A stretch of DNA of 64,000 nucleotides, from positions 1-64,000 of IMG/VR virus record IMGVR_UViG_3300035701_009377; one strand, given 5' to 3'. This stretch comes from a virus. Of the stretch, positions 1 through 9,335 are shown piece after piece; position 1 is the first letter of the stretch, and each line of letters opens with the position of its first letter. The notes beneath the pieces were generated by a model. That model was not told the origin of the DNA. It saw nothing but the letters and a program-made list of their open reading frames with translations, and did no database searches. Position numbers and translations under genes: made by a program.

Positions 1-92
1 GTCTGGATCAACCCTCCGGCCGACCGGCCGGAACCCCGTGTGTTAGGGCTACCGCGCGACACTAATTCCGAAAAGCAGTTGTCTCAAACCGG

Positions 93-584
93 TTGACACG
101 CTCCGCTTTGGTTAATAGGGAGTTTCTGAAGCCTGATGAAAGGTTGTTTGTGACGCTGTGTGAGGAGGGGCGGTTGTATGAATACCTGATGGGACGGAGG
201 GAAATCCTGGTTCGAGACTGGATTAAGGAAGAGTTTTTCCAAATGATTTATGGGAAGAACAGCTTTCGGTCGCCGTTGAAGGATGATTTTAGGGAGTTGT
301 TCTCCGGTGTGGCGCAGGTCATGCAGGTTCATAAACGCCGAGATTATAGATTTCTGCCACGCCTGATGCAGAATATCGAGGCCAATTTCGTGATCAATGG
401 GCTTTGCCGCAGACTTATGAGGGAATTGCCTGAGGCCCCGGTATTTACGATCCACGACAGCTTGCTAACGACGGGGCAGTACGTGCAGGCATTTCAGGAG
501 GTGATCCTGGAGGAGTTTGCCCGTTTGGGTCTCCAGCCAACGCTGCATGTGAAGGACTATGGGGTCACAGGCGAAAGCTCGTGA
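93..584 (+). CDS. Family-A polymerase-like palm-domain fragment (probably truncated)
   Basis: LMQNIEA and FTIHDSLL resemble PolA/single-subunit polymerase C-terminal motifs. In-frame TAA at 63-65 limits upstream extension. Confidence 0.4.
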   Translation: MTRSALVNREFLKPDERLFVTLCEEGRLYEYLMGRREILVRDWIKEEFFQMIYGKNSFRSPLKDDFRELFSGVAQVMQVHKRRDYRFLPRLMQNIEANFVINGLCRRLMRELPEAPVFTIHDSLLTTGQYVQAFQEVILEEFARLGLQPTLHVKDYGVTGESS

Positions 585-1052
585 GAAAGGGCGGGCGTTC
601 TGTGGGAATGTGGCGGAGGGCTCTGTGGGGCTCGTGGCGGGGCTGCAATAAGAAGGGACGGCCGGGGAAGTCGTCTGAATTCAACAAGCCGCCAGATTGC
701 GTCCTGGGGGCTCACCGAGGCCGACTGGGTTGTCGGAACGCTTCTGTTCCAACTTTTGTACTGGTCCCAACGTCGTGATGCCGCCACGGAATAAGGCACT
801 GGTTAGGCCAGCCCCCTCTTGCAGGGACTGCGCCGTAACTGCGCTGGTGAAGAAATGCCCAGGTCAGCACCCCTGCAAGCCACTGAACTGTTCAGTCCCC
901 TTGGCGACAACCTTCCGTTTCTTCACGTCTGGACTGATTCCGATGCCGACTTCTGACGAGTGACACGTGACGGCGGCCAAACCAAGAGTTGTTCCCTTGG
1001 GCCAGCCGGTTGCTGATCCCGAATGGGGTGGCCGAGCAAAGTGCTACAACGC

Positions 1053-2054
1053 CTACGCCTTTGCGATCCGCCGTTCCGCAATCTTCAGGTACTTCTTCTC
1101 CCGGTCGATGCCGATCGCCTTGCTGGCACCTTGATCCAGCCCGGCCAAGAGCATCGTGCCGCTGCCACAAAAAGGGTCGAGCAAAACTCCTTTCTTGGGC
1201 AAAATGTGGCGGCACCACCACGCCGCCAGATCATAAGGCGTCACGGCTGGATGGTCTTCGGTCTCAAGGGACTGGCCGCTGGCCGAAATTGGCAGGAGAT
1301 TGAAAGGCGTTGTTCCACCACGCTGGTCCGCTGCCTTCGTGATCGTGTCGTTGCGGCAGCATCGTCCGCTGGGGCCGATCCTCAACGCCATGTCCGAGCG
1401 GCGTTTTGCCGCCAACGAATCGGACGGAGACCAAAGCACCGCATCCTAGTTTCGGAAGCAATCGTGCGGGCCAAGCCAAACGCACATCTTCACGCTGGGG
1501 CGTAGCAGGCCGAACTCACGTTTTGCCCCTCGGGTCGGGGTGGCCGTGTAATTCCACCAATAGACATCTTCCACTAAGTTCCAGGTCTTTCCCGCCCAAA
1601 CCACGAACTCCCACAGCCAAAGCCGCATTTTTCCCATCCGCTCGGCGTTGGACTGAAGGACGAACACCGCCGATCCCTTTGGCTTCAGGATTCGACGGCA
1701 CTCGATGACGACATCCTTCATCAACGAGTGCCATTCCCTTTCGGAAATCCGTCCATATTCCCCCCTCGGCCGCACTTCGGCATACGGTGGGTCGCAGATG
1801 ATCGCATCAACGCTCTTGCTGGGCATCGTTTTCAGAACTTTGTGGCAGTCGCCGTGGATCAGTGTCGCCGCTTCAATCCTGTTTTTCTGCTCCACCGAAG
1901 GACCGGCGACGACCTTGGCGACTTCGTGGCCTTGTAGGTCTTGCCATCGATGCCAACCCGCCGACCCTGTTGGATAAAATATCCAACTGACTCCAGTTCG
2001 CCTCGGACGCTGGCAACGGTCGCATGGTGGACGCCGAGCATCTTGCCGATCCAT
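1053..2054 (-). pseudogene. HTH-fused N4/N6 DNA methyltransferase, disrupted
   Basis: IHGDC and DPPY in 1446-2054; LDPFCGSGT in 1053-1439. The two are joined in frame across a TAG at 1448-1446. An upstream HTH-like segment (MLGVHHATVASVR) is in another frame (1859-2041). Confidence 0.8.
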
Positions 2055-2080
2055 CTGGATGTCCGAGCCGAAATGGAAGC

Positions 2081-2101
2081 AACTGGTAAAATTTACCAGT
2101 T
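2081..2101. promoter_or_regulatory. 21-bp perfect palindrome (operator- or recombination-site-like)
   Basis: AACTGGTAAA-A-TTTACCAGTT. Confidence 0.4.
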
Positions 2102-2340
2102 GGAAAAGACGGTCGGCGAGGACGGAGAATCTCGCCCTTCAGGGGGACGACCTCTGATATTGTAATTCCTGGCGACGACCCTGCCGAGATTGGTAGGGGA
2201 TTGGGCCGCAGACGGTGCAGGGTCGCAGGGCTGCTCGTCCACAGGTGTTCTCGACTGCGGAGCTTCGCAGGCCGTCGGGATCGAGCGGATCGGGAAGTAT
2301 TCGAAGACGGCGAGGGAGAGGATTGGGCGGCGATGAAGGA

Positions 2341-2366
2341 ATCAAAATCGCATTTGCGATGTTGAT
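2341..2366. promoter_or_regulatory. Near-perfect palindrome, operator-like
   Basis: ATCAAAATCGCA-TT-TGCGATGTTGAT (one mismatch). Confidence 0.3.
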
Positions 2367-2653
2367 CTTCGACGGTCGCCGACGGCGACCACAGCAGGCT
2401 TCCACATTTCCATTTTTGGAAATCTGGAAACCTGAAATTCTGGACTGCCTCTCCCATTCGCTCGGGTGAAGCGGGCGAGTTTCCGATCTTCGCTGCAACG
2501 CTGTCCGTGTACTCCTTCCCGCACCAAGGCGGATCACCCCGTCGGGTTTAGGGCGACTATTGCGGCCCAAAGCGGCAACAGCCATCTGGCGGATCAACGG
2601 CGATGTTAAGGCGATCCTACGGTGGCGCTCGGCTGCCGTCCATTTTGCCGACC

Positions 2654-2692
2654 AAATAGTTAGCAAAATAGTTAGCAGAAGCCAAAGTTAGC
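2654..2692. repeat. Direct repeats, integrase arm-site-like, on the 3' side of the tRNA
   Basis: AAATAGTTAGCA at 2654-2665 and 2666-2677, plus a partial AAAGTTAGCA copy ending at 2692. Confidence 0.55.
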
Positions 2693-2703
2693 AGCCAGAC
2701 ACG

Positions 2704-2741
2704 AAAAAAGCCTTACGCAACTCGTTGCTGCGTAAGGCTTT
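2704..2741 (-). terminator. Intrinsic terminator downstream of tRNA-Lys
   Basis: 13-bp stem AAAGCCTTACGCA/TGCGTAAGGCTTT with a T-tract on the minus strand. Confidence 0.8.
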
Positions 2742-2747
2742 AACTTA

Positions 2748-2820
2748 TGCCCCCTGAAGGACTTGAACCTTCGACCACCTGATTAAGAGTCAGATGCTCT
2801 ACCAACTGAGCTAAGGGGGC
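2748..2820 (-). tRNA. tRNA-Lys (anticodon CTT), CCA not encoded; probable integration site
   Basis: Reverse complement GCCCCCTTAGCTCAGTTGGTAGAGCATCTGACTCTTAATCAGGTGGTCGAAGGTTCAAGTCCTTCAGGGGGCA folds into a canonical cloverleaf. Confidence 0.97.
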
Positions 2821-2895
2821 GACGGAAGCTAAGTGCTTGTCAGTATTAGTCTTAACTGGCCTCGCAACTCGTACCTCCGTAGTGGCAATCTCCGG

Positions 2896-2919
2896 GACGA
2901 CAGTAGGTGACGACAGTAG
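2896..2919. repeat. 11-bp direct repeat, integrase arm-site-like
   Basis: GACGACAGTAG at 2896-2906 and 2909-2919, between the tRNA 5' end and the integrase. Confidence 0.6.
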
Positions 2920-2975
2920 TTTACCCAAATTACCAGTCGTCGGGCCAATAGTCTATCCTTTAATGGAGAGGTGCC

Positions 2976-4250
2976 ATGCGTCATTCTACCAAAGCCCCAC
3001 GCCCTCACAAGCCCTACCCGGACTTCCCTCTTTTCCCCCACCGCAATGGACAATGGGCCAAGGTGATTCGGGGGGAAATGCACTACTTCGGCTCGTGGAA
3101 AACCGGTACTTGGCAAGACGCCCTTGCCGAGTTTCAGCGGCAGGCCCCGGCGTTGTACAATGGACAACAACCGGACCCCAAGCCGCAAGGCATGACCATC
3201 AAGGAAATGGTCAACCACTTCATGCATCACAGCAGCCTGAAGGTCAAGGCCGGGGAGTTGAAGCAGCGGACGTGGAACGAATATCAGACCTACGGCAACC
3301 GCATCATCGACGTGCTCGGGGCGGACTTCCCCTTGGAAGCCGTGGGACCACGAGCCGGGGAAAAGCTGTTTGAGGCCATGACGAAATGCCACCAATCGCC
3401 CCACTCGCTGGAAGGTGACAAGGCGAAGATCATGGTCTTCTTCAACTACGCCAACGACCAAGACTTCACCGAGCGGCCCATGAAACTGGGGTCACTGTTC
3501 CGGCGGGCCAGCCGCCGCGTGAAGCGCAAGCGCCGGCAAGAGACGCGCGGCCACAAGTTCTTCGAGGCCCAGGAAATTCGCCAGTTGCTAGCGGAGGCCC
3601 CGCCGCGACTGAAAGCGATGATCCTCTTGGCGGTCAATTGCGGTTTCGGCAACGAAGATTGCGCCACGCTTCGCTGTTCCGTCGTCGATCTGGAGAAGGG
3701 TTGGATCGACTTTAGCCGGGCGAAGACCGGCAAAGAACGCCGCTGCCCCCTTTGGCCCGAGACCGTGGCCGCGTTGCGGGAAGTCTATGCCCACCGCAAG
3801 GTGCCAAGCGACTCAGATCACTCCGACTTGGTGTTCGTGACGAAGTACGCGAACGCCTACAACGCGAAATCCAAAGACGGATCGGACAACCCGATCTCGC
3901 AGGTCTTTACGAAGCTGACGAAGAAGTTGCACCTGCATCGTAAAGGGCGTGGCTTCTATGCGCTGCGCCACGTCACCTACACCATCGGTCGGCGGCGGAG
4001 TGCCCTGGGAGCACAAATCATCATGGGCCACCTGGATGCTGAGCGGGTGGGCGAGTTCAGCAACCAGATTTCCGACGAGTGGTATGATGAAGCGGGCAAC
4101 ACCGCGATGGATCATCTGCTGCTGGCGGTGTCGAACTTCATTCACGATTGGCTGTTCCCGAGCAATACTCCGGCACCGGCGGTAGTGGTCGGCGACGCGG
4201 CGAACGCCGTCGCGGCGTCGGCGATTGTAGAGACGCCTGTATCGACGTGA
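2976..4250 (+). CDS. int: Tyrosine recombinase / phage integrase
   Basis: N-terminal arm-binding-like region; LLAVNCGFGNED, RAKTG, FYALRH, IMGH and downstream Tyr; adjacent to tRNA. Confidence 0.9.
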   Translation: MRHSTKAPRPHKPYPDFPLFPHRNGQWAKVIRGEMHYFGSWKTGTWQDALAEFQRQAPALYNGQQPDPKPQGMTIKEMVNHFMHHSSLKVKAGELKQRTWNEYQTYGNRIIDVLGADFPLEAVGPRAGEKLFEAMTKCHQSPHSLEGDKAKIMVFFNYANDQDFTERPMKLGSLFRRASRRVKRKRRQETRGHKFFEAQEIRQLLAEAPPRLKAMILLAVNCGFGNEDCATLRCSVVDLEKGWIDFSRAKTGKERRCPLWPETVAALREVYAHRKVPSDSDHSDLVFVTKYANAYNAKSKDGSDNPISQVFTKLTKKLHLHRKGRGFYALRHVTYTIGRRRSALGAQIIMGHLDAERVGEFSNQISDEWYDEAGNTAMDHLLLAVSNFIHDWLFPSNTPAPAVVVGDAANAVAASAIVETPVST

Positions 4251-4578
4251 AGGCTTCCAAGTCATGCCGATAAATGCGGTAACGAGGGCGACCTTCGTCG
4301 GTAACGTTCAACGCCTTCAACTTGCCCTTGCGTATCCAGCCGAGAACTTTCGACCGCCTGACCCGTAGCGCCTGTGCCACTTCGGGGACGGTCAACGGTT
4401 GATCGTGTGAATGGGCTGCTTTCTCCGTCATGGCCAGCTTCTCGGCGGTGACCGGGGCCAGCATCATGGTGTGAACCTCCAGCATCACCGAGGCCAGCGT
4501 CAAGGTGGCCGCGGCAACCTTGTCACCCCCGGTCTGGTTCAGGTACTCGCCGTAAAGGGCGTTGACGGCAGCGTTCAC
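4138..4578 (-). CDS. Excisionase-like HTH DNA-binding protein
   Basis: LTVPEVAQALRVRRSKVLGWIRKGKLKA...RYRI; convergent with integrase; GTG start overlaps the upstream stop. Confidence 0.75.
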   Translation of the reverse strand: MNAAVNALYGEYLNQTGGDKVAAATLTLASVMLEVHTMMLAPVTAEKLAMTEKAAHSHDQPLTVPEVAQALRVRRSKVLGWIRKGKLKALNVTDEGRPRYRIYRHDLEAFTSIQASLQSPTPRRRSPRRRPLPPVPEYCSGTANRE

Positions 4579-4766
4579 GTTGCTCGATCTTCTTGATAAG
4601 GATGGTTTCTGCCCGGTTCCGGCGGCATCCGCATCCACCGCTTCTGCAACTCTTCAACCTGCCGGCGGCGCGGGTCGAACTCGGGGATGTTCGCCAACAA
4701 TTCCTGGATTGCCGGATTGACCGGCGGCTGGCTGCGGCGGATTTCGTCTTCGTTAGGCATCGGCAC
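4575..4766 (-). CDS. Hypothetical protein
   Basis: Strong RBS (GGAGGT); coupled to neighbours. Confidence 0.55.
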   Translation of the reverse strand: MPMPNEDEIRRSQPPVNPAIQELLANIPEFDPRRRQVEELQKRWMRMPPEPGRNHPYQEDRAT

Positions 4767-4772
4767 CTCCCT

Positions 4773-5738
4773 TCATCGAACCCTGGTTCTGCGACGGGCC
4801 GGCAACGGGAAATCCTTGATCCAGCCCACCAATTCGGCGGCCTGATAGAGCGCCCCGTCCGCCCGTTGCAGAGCCATTCCGGCCCGCGAGGTGAGCGGCA
4901 CCATCTCCAGCGCGGTTTCCATTGCGTCGGCCAACTGGTCCTGCATCCGCGTGAGTAGGTCGGCGATGGCCGGCAGGTCGCAGCATTCGTCGAAACGCTT
5001 GGGTTCGGTCTCGACGCCTGGGTAGTAGACGTGGCTGTCGAAGTTGCGGTGAGACTGCGCGCACAGCGCGTCGTCCAAGGCAGAGCGGGCGGCGTTGAGG
5101 TTCTTTTCGACGCAGAAAAGCGCCTTGGCGACGGGGCGCGTCTTGCCCAGGTGACCGGCGACATCGCAGGCCAAGCGGCAGGCTTGATTGTTGAGGGCGT
5201 GAAGCGCCAGTCCCAGTTCGCGGTGCGTCGTCGGCCCAAGGGGACACTTCTCGCGTTGGTGCAGCACGATCCGCTGCGTGTGCCCCGGATACCAGTAGGA
5301 ATTGGGCAAAACGTGCCAGGTCAGATCGAGGGCCTTGGCCAGCGCGTCGAGCAGCTTGGCCGTGTCGCCGCAGAAGTGGTAAGGCTCGGAGACGAAGCAA
5401 ACGCCCGCCTTTGCGCAACAATCATAGCGGTTCTCTATGCAGGTGCCCCAGTGGTCCAGCCACCAGGGCATGTCCTTGACGGTAGCCTCCTCGGCGATTC
5501 GTCGAATCGTGTCGGAGAACGAGTCATCGCAGGAATACCGGGTGTCGGGCCACGTCCTGCGCCTGCGATAGGCCCGCAGCCGCACGTTTAGCCAAGCGGG
5601 GATTTGGCCCAGCTTGACCTTTCTCGGTTGCAGAATTTCGCGGGCGGCCTTGATCTGCCGGTCCCGCACCTCCGCTGCGGCGCGGTCGGCGGCACGCTTG
5701 GCCGCGCGTTGGGCATCGTCGGAAACAGTGGTCGGCAT
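4773..5738 (-). CDS. Hypothetical protein
   Basis: 321-aa ORF in operon orientation with RBS. Confidence 0.65.
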   Translation of the reverse strand: MPTTVSDDAQRAAKRAADRAAAEVRDRQIKAAREILQPRKVKLGQIPAWLNVRLRAYRRRRTWPDTRYSCDDSFSDTIRRIAEEATVKDMPWWLDHWGTCIENRYDCCAKAGVCFVSEPYHFCGDTAKLLDALAKALDLTWHVLPNSYWYPGHTQRIVLHQREKCPLGPTTHRELGLALHALNNQACRLACDVAGHLGKTRPVAKALFCVEKNLNAARSALDDALCAQSHRNFDSHVYYPGVETEPKRFDECCDLPAIADLLTRMQDQLADAMETALEMVPLTSRAGMALQRADGALYQAAELVGWIKDFPLPARRRTRVR

Positions 5739-5768
5739 TGGTTTCTCCGAACTGTTGGTTTTTGGGGA

Positions 5769-6044
5769 TTACAAGAGGCGGTTGTCGCGGTGCCTCTCGT
5801 GGATTTCATTCAGCACGTTCTTGACGTAGCGGCGGGCCACCTTGAAGCGCAGCACCAGGGCCGAGCCGAGGCAGCCGCCGACCGCCATCCCGACGCCTTG
5901 GAGGGCAGAGCTGCCCAGTTGGGTCAGCGTCTCCGTGCGGTGCGTCATGGCGTAGGTGACGGCTGACCCGGTTGCGGCGGCGACGACAATCAGGGCCAAG
6001 GCCCCCGTGCTGTAGGCAACCAGTTGTTGCAGTTTCACTTTCAT
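5769..6044 (-). CDS. Small membrane protein (2 TM)
   Basis: Two hydrophobic segments after MKVKLQQL. Confidence 0.55.
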   Translation of the reverse strand: MKVKLQQLVAYSTGALALIVVAAATGSAVTYAMTHRTETLTQLGSSALQGVGMAVGGCLGSALVLRFKVARRYVKNVLNEIHERHRDNRLL

Positions 6045-6138
6045 GGGTTCTTTTCCAGCCTCCGAACGAAAAGTGACCACGCCGCCAAAGCGGCAACGGC
6101 CAGGGTGGCTTGGATCGTTGGCTCGATCAAATACCGGA

Positions 6139-6396
6139 TCATCGAAATATCCCACTGCCGGGACGAGTCGTGCGTTTTCCATAAGGGGGCTTTGCGGGAA
6201 CATGGAAGCTGACCTCCGTTTCCAAATCCCAGATGGCTTGTTCGAGGTCGTTTGGGATCGGGGTGCCTGCTTCACGGTACATCTGCATCATCGTCCGCAC
6301 CGCTCGCATTCGCTCGTGCAAGTTGCCAAGGGAATTAACGGAAGTTCCCAGGCGATACTGGCGGTGGCGTTCGATGTCGGCCTTCGTGAGCTTCAT
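6139..6396 (-). CDS. Hypothetical protein
   Basis: GGAGGT RBS; ATGA overlap with upstream gene. Confidence 0.55.
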   Translation of the reverse strand: MKLTKADIERHRQYRLGTSVNSLGNLHERMRAVRTMMQMYREAGTPIPNDLEQAIWDLETEVSFHVPAKPPYGKRTTRPGSGIFR

Positions 6397-6740
6397 GGTT
6401 GCGACACCTCCCTCGTACCGGCGCTGGCCTCCACAGCCGGCGTCCCGACAGCCTTGTGGTGCTTTTCGATCCGCGTCCACACGCGCTGGATGATCTTGTT
6501 GGCGGCGGCTTCCAGCTTCTCGATGTCCGCGGCGGCCTTCACGAGGACTTCGAGAGTCAGCACGTTCTCGTTGATCGTGCCGACGATTGCCGCGAAGTCG
6601 GGTGAGGCCGGGTCCAGTTCGTCCAGCGGCGGCAGCTTGGTGCCCACGTCCTGCCGCAGGGCGGCGATTGTCTCCGTCAATTCAGTGCGGACCTGGTGGA
6701 GGCTCGCCGGGGTGAGTTGTGTGAGTCGGTCGAGAGTCAT
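6393..6740 (-). CDS. Hypothetical helical protein
   Basis: ATGA-coupled ORF. Confidence 0.6.
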   Translation of the reverse strand: MTLDRLTQLTPASLHQVRTELTETIAALRQDVGTKLPPLDELDPASPDFAAIVGTINENVLTLEVLVKAAADIEKLEAAANKIIQRVWTRIEKHHKAVGTPAVEASAGTREVSQP

Positions 6741-7090
6741 TTGTCGTTCTCCAAAGGTTGCGGGGCAATGCCCAGACTGGCAATCAGGACGACGCGGTAT
6801 TCGTCGGGGTCACGGGTCTCTTCGATGCGGGTCTGCCAAGTGGCGACACGGCGGCGAAAATCTCTGCGGATTCGCCGGCAGAAGCGGCCTACAAGTTCGC
6901 TGGTCGCGTAGCGCAATTCCTCAAATCCCAATCCGGCCTTAACGATCCATCCGTCTTCCATGACATCGGGGACGATGGGATCGGCCATTGGCTCGATGGC
7001 CTTGATCTCGGACTCGTTGAGGACTTCGGCTACGAAGTTGTTGACGACGCGGCAATATCTGGCTCGTTCGCGGTTGACAGGCTTCTTCAT
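6737..7090 (-). CDS. Hypothetical protein
   Basis: ATGA-coupled ORF. Confidence 0.55.
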   Translation of the reverse strand: MKKPVNRERARYCRVVNNFVAEVLNESEIKAIEPMADPIVPDVMEDGWIVKAGLGFEELRYATSELVGRFCRRIRRDFRRRVATWQTRIEETRDPDEYRVVLIASLGIAPQPLENDK

Positions 7091-7794
7091 GGCATCGACC
7101 TCAGACGGCTGACTCCCAGTCGAATCAGCCGCACGACCGCCAGCGCGTCTTCCACAGCGGTGTGGGCCACTTTGCCATCCAGCCCCGCCCGCTCGTAACA
7201 GGTCTTACTGTCCGGCAGCTTTTCATCATCTGGGCAGAGGAACAGAATGGCGGGGTCGATGGTGCGGTGGGACAGCCTTACGACCTGCTCGAAGCGTGGT
7301 AATCGCTTCAAGAATTGCCGGTCGAAGGAGGCGAAGTTCTTGCCGGCGGGGGTCAATGCCCTCTCCCCGTCCCAGCCGCAGGCGTCCCGCAGCCAGGCCG
7401 CGAAGTCGTCGGCAACCTGATCTGGGTCGCGCCACCACGGCTCTTGTTGGCCCGAAAGGTGCCGCAGCAAGTTGGCGTTCATCGCCAAGGCATAGGCGCT
7501 GCCGCGATATTCTTTGTGGTAGATCAGCCGGTGATAGACCGGCAGGTTATCAATGGGCTTCGTCCAGTTGTCGAACACGGCCCCAATTTCGAGTATCTGG
7601 CAGGTCTCGGGATCGAGGCCCGTGGTCTCGATGTCGATGCTGACGTAGGGCATCTTAGGCGTAACGGCCGGCAGCACTGGCTCCTTGGCGGCCCGCCAGT
7701 AGTGGCCGGTCCAGCCGCAGCCGGCGCAGCGCCCGACCTCGGGGCTCTCGGTCGGCTTCAATAGCTCTTCGCAGTTCGGGCAGAGTTTCTTCAC
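7087..7794 (-). CDS. DEDDh 3'-5' exonuclease (oligoribonuclease/DnaQ-like) with N-terminal Zn ribbon
   Basis: SIDIETTGLD, GKNFASFD, HTAVEDA; CPNC...CAGC. Confidence 0.85.
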   Translation of the reverse strand: MKKLCPNCEELLKPTESPEVGRCAGCGWTGHYWRAAKEPVLPAVTPKMPYVSIDIETTGLDPETCQILEIGAVFDNWTKPIDNLPVYHRLIYHKEYRGSAYALAMNANLLRHLSGQQEPWWRDPDQVADDFAAWLRDACGWDGERALTPAGKNFASFDRQFLKRLPRFEQVVRLSHRTIDPAILFLCPDDEKLPDSKTCYERAGLDGKVAHTAVEDALAVVRLIRLGVSRLRSMP

Positions 7795-8222
7795 GACTGG
7801 GCAGACTCCTTTAGGGCCGAGAGGATCGCTTCGAGGGCCGTCTGGCGCGATTTCAAGTGTTTTGCAAGAAGGCCGGCTCGGGCTGGGTCGTAGCCCCTGA
7901 GCGCGGCGGCGTTAGTGACGCTCAAGGCTTTCCTACTTCCCCATTCGACATAGCCTTCGGCATCCAGACTGAACTCTTGGGGCTGCGGAGAGGCAGCGAC
8001 CTCGCGCCACGGATTATTGCGTGCCCAATTGAGGTAGTTACTTGCGACAGGCCCATAACCCAGTTTGCGCAGGCGATAGCGCACCTGTCTGCGATTAACG
8101 CAGTGCCAGTCGTCGCCGTCCGACTCAAGCCATTGGCAATTGCCGTTGGCGAACGCCACGAAGCGGATGTGCTCGCCACATTCATTTAGAAGACGGGCGA
8201 GTTCGCGGTAACTGATCTTCAT
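7791..8222 (-). CDS. Hypothetical protein
   Basis: Coupled ORF. Confidence 0.55.
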   Translation of the reverse strand: MKISYRELARLLNECGEHIRFVAFANGNCQWLESDGDDWHCVNRRQVRYRLRKLGYGPVASNYLNWARNNPWREVAASPQPQEFSLDAEGYVEWGSRKALSVTNAAALRGYDPARAGLLAKHLKSRQTALEAILSALKESAQS

Positions 8223-8530
8223 AACTCTTGCTTTCCTACCCAAGCGGAATCGAAGGCCAGATACGCCAGATCAGGCGTCGGGCCGCGGGCCTGCAAGTCG
8301 CCGTAACTGGCGACCCACTCGTTGCCCTCGTAGGTGAGGACCGGCCTAAGCACAATTGCCGGCCGCAACTGCTGCTCGAACTGCCGCTTGGCCAGCCCGA
8401 GGTTTTCGAGGGCCTGCTTGGAGGTCAGCAGATCGTTCAAGGCCCGCGCCTCCTCGTACTCGGCGATGCGGTTGTACATCGCCACCTGATTCTGCGCCGC
8501 ATGGGCGAACACGCCGTCGATCATGCTCAT
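8219..8530 (-). CDS. Hypothetical protein
   Basis: Coupled ORF starting MSMIDGVF. Confidence 0.55.
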   Translation of the reverse strand: MSMIDGVFAHAAQNQVAMYNRIAEYEEARALNDLLTSKQALENLGLAKRQFEQQLRPAIVLRPVLTYEGNEWVASYGDLQARGPTPDLAYLAFDSAWVGKQEL

Positions 8531-8907
8531 AGACCTAGCTCCCGCAGGACGAAGATTTCTTCTTTCGTGAGCTTCTTGAGCGCTTGCCGGCGGAGCCGGG
8601 CGAACTCGTCGTAGACGGCTTTCTCCCGGCGGTACACATCGACGGTTTTCTGGTACGCTTGACGGCAGGCTTCTTTCGTCCCTTTGCCGCTGCCTCCGCA
8701 GGCGGCACAGCGGATGGGTTGCCGGTACTTGCTGCCTTCGACCGGGCACGGCGGGTCCGTGGGGTCGTAGACCGTTCCTTGCCCTCCGCAGACGAGGCAG
8801 GGATAGGGATTTCCGAGGCTGCTTCCGTGGGCGAGGCAGAAGAGTCCGAAGTTCTTGTAGGGCCGGTGGGGCTTGACGCGCCATCCGATGATGGAGTCTC
8901 GGGACAT
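8527..8907 (-). CDS. DnaJ-type zinc-finger protein
   Basis: CLVCGGQG...CAACGGSG; purine-rich RBS. Confidence 0.65.
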   Translation of the reverse strand: MSRDSIIGWRVKPHRPYKNFGLFCLAHGSSLGNPYPCLVCGGQGTVYDPTDPPCPVEGSKYRQPIRCAACGGSGKGTKEACRQAYQKTVDVYRREKAVYDEFARLRRQALKKLTKEEIFVLRELGL

Positions 8908-9335
8908 TCTTCTTCCTCTTGGTATTTGGCTTTTCGCGGCCGAGTCAGCAGTTCGTAGACCTTGTGATTGAGTTTCTTGCGGACCCAGGCCGGATAGCCG
9001 TTGGGCAGCTTGCCAAAGAGTTCCGTTAGTTGACGGATGCCCGTGGCCTCGCAGGCTTTGGTCCACAGTCGTTTGTGCCGCTCGCACGTCTCCTCGGCCT
9101 TGCCTCGTGTCTTGAAGAGGCGGTGGGCCGGATCGGTGAAGTCCCACATCTCGAACGACTGGCCTTCGATCCCGCCATAGTTCGGGACGATCGTGCGCAC
9201 GGTGGCCTGGAAGCGGACGGGCACACGGACGCCGCAAACCTCTTTGCGCCAGACGATCCTGTAGCCCTCCTCGCACAGCCAGGTGCGGCGGACTTTCTGG
9301 TTCTGGCCCGGGAGCCTCTTCCGCTTGAACTGCAT
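8535..9335 (-). CDS. Hypothetical basic protein; disordered tail overlaps next gene
   Basis: Globular-looking N-terminal ~140 aa followed by S/T/A/P/K-rich tail. Confidence 0.55.
   Translation of the reverse strand: MQFKRKRLPGQNQKVRRTWLCEEGYRIVWRKEVCGVRVPVRFQATVRTIVPNYGGIEGQSFEMWDFTDPAHRLFKTRGKAEETCERHKRLWTKACEATGIRQLTELFGKLPNGYPAWVRKKLNHKVYELLTRPRKAKYQEEEECPETPSSDGASSPTGPTRTSDSSASPTEAASEIPIPASSAEGKERSTTPRTRRARSKAASTGNPSAVPPAEAAAKGRKKPAVKRTRKPSMCTAGRKPSTTSSPGSAGKRSRSSRKKKSSSCGS

Noticed and set aside
1446-1448. In-frame TAG as evidence of stop-codon recoding
   Set aside because: Single case in a gene that also has a frameshift; TAG ends normal genes such as PolA and portal.
7851-7865. 15-bp TTTCAAGTGTTTTGC also present inverted near 34373-34387
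   Set aside because: One copy is inside a coding region and in the opposite orientation; probably chance.
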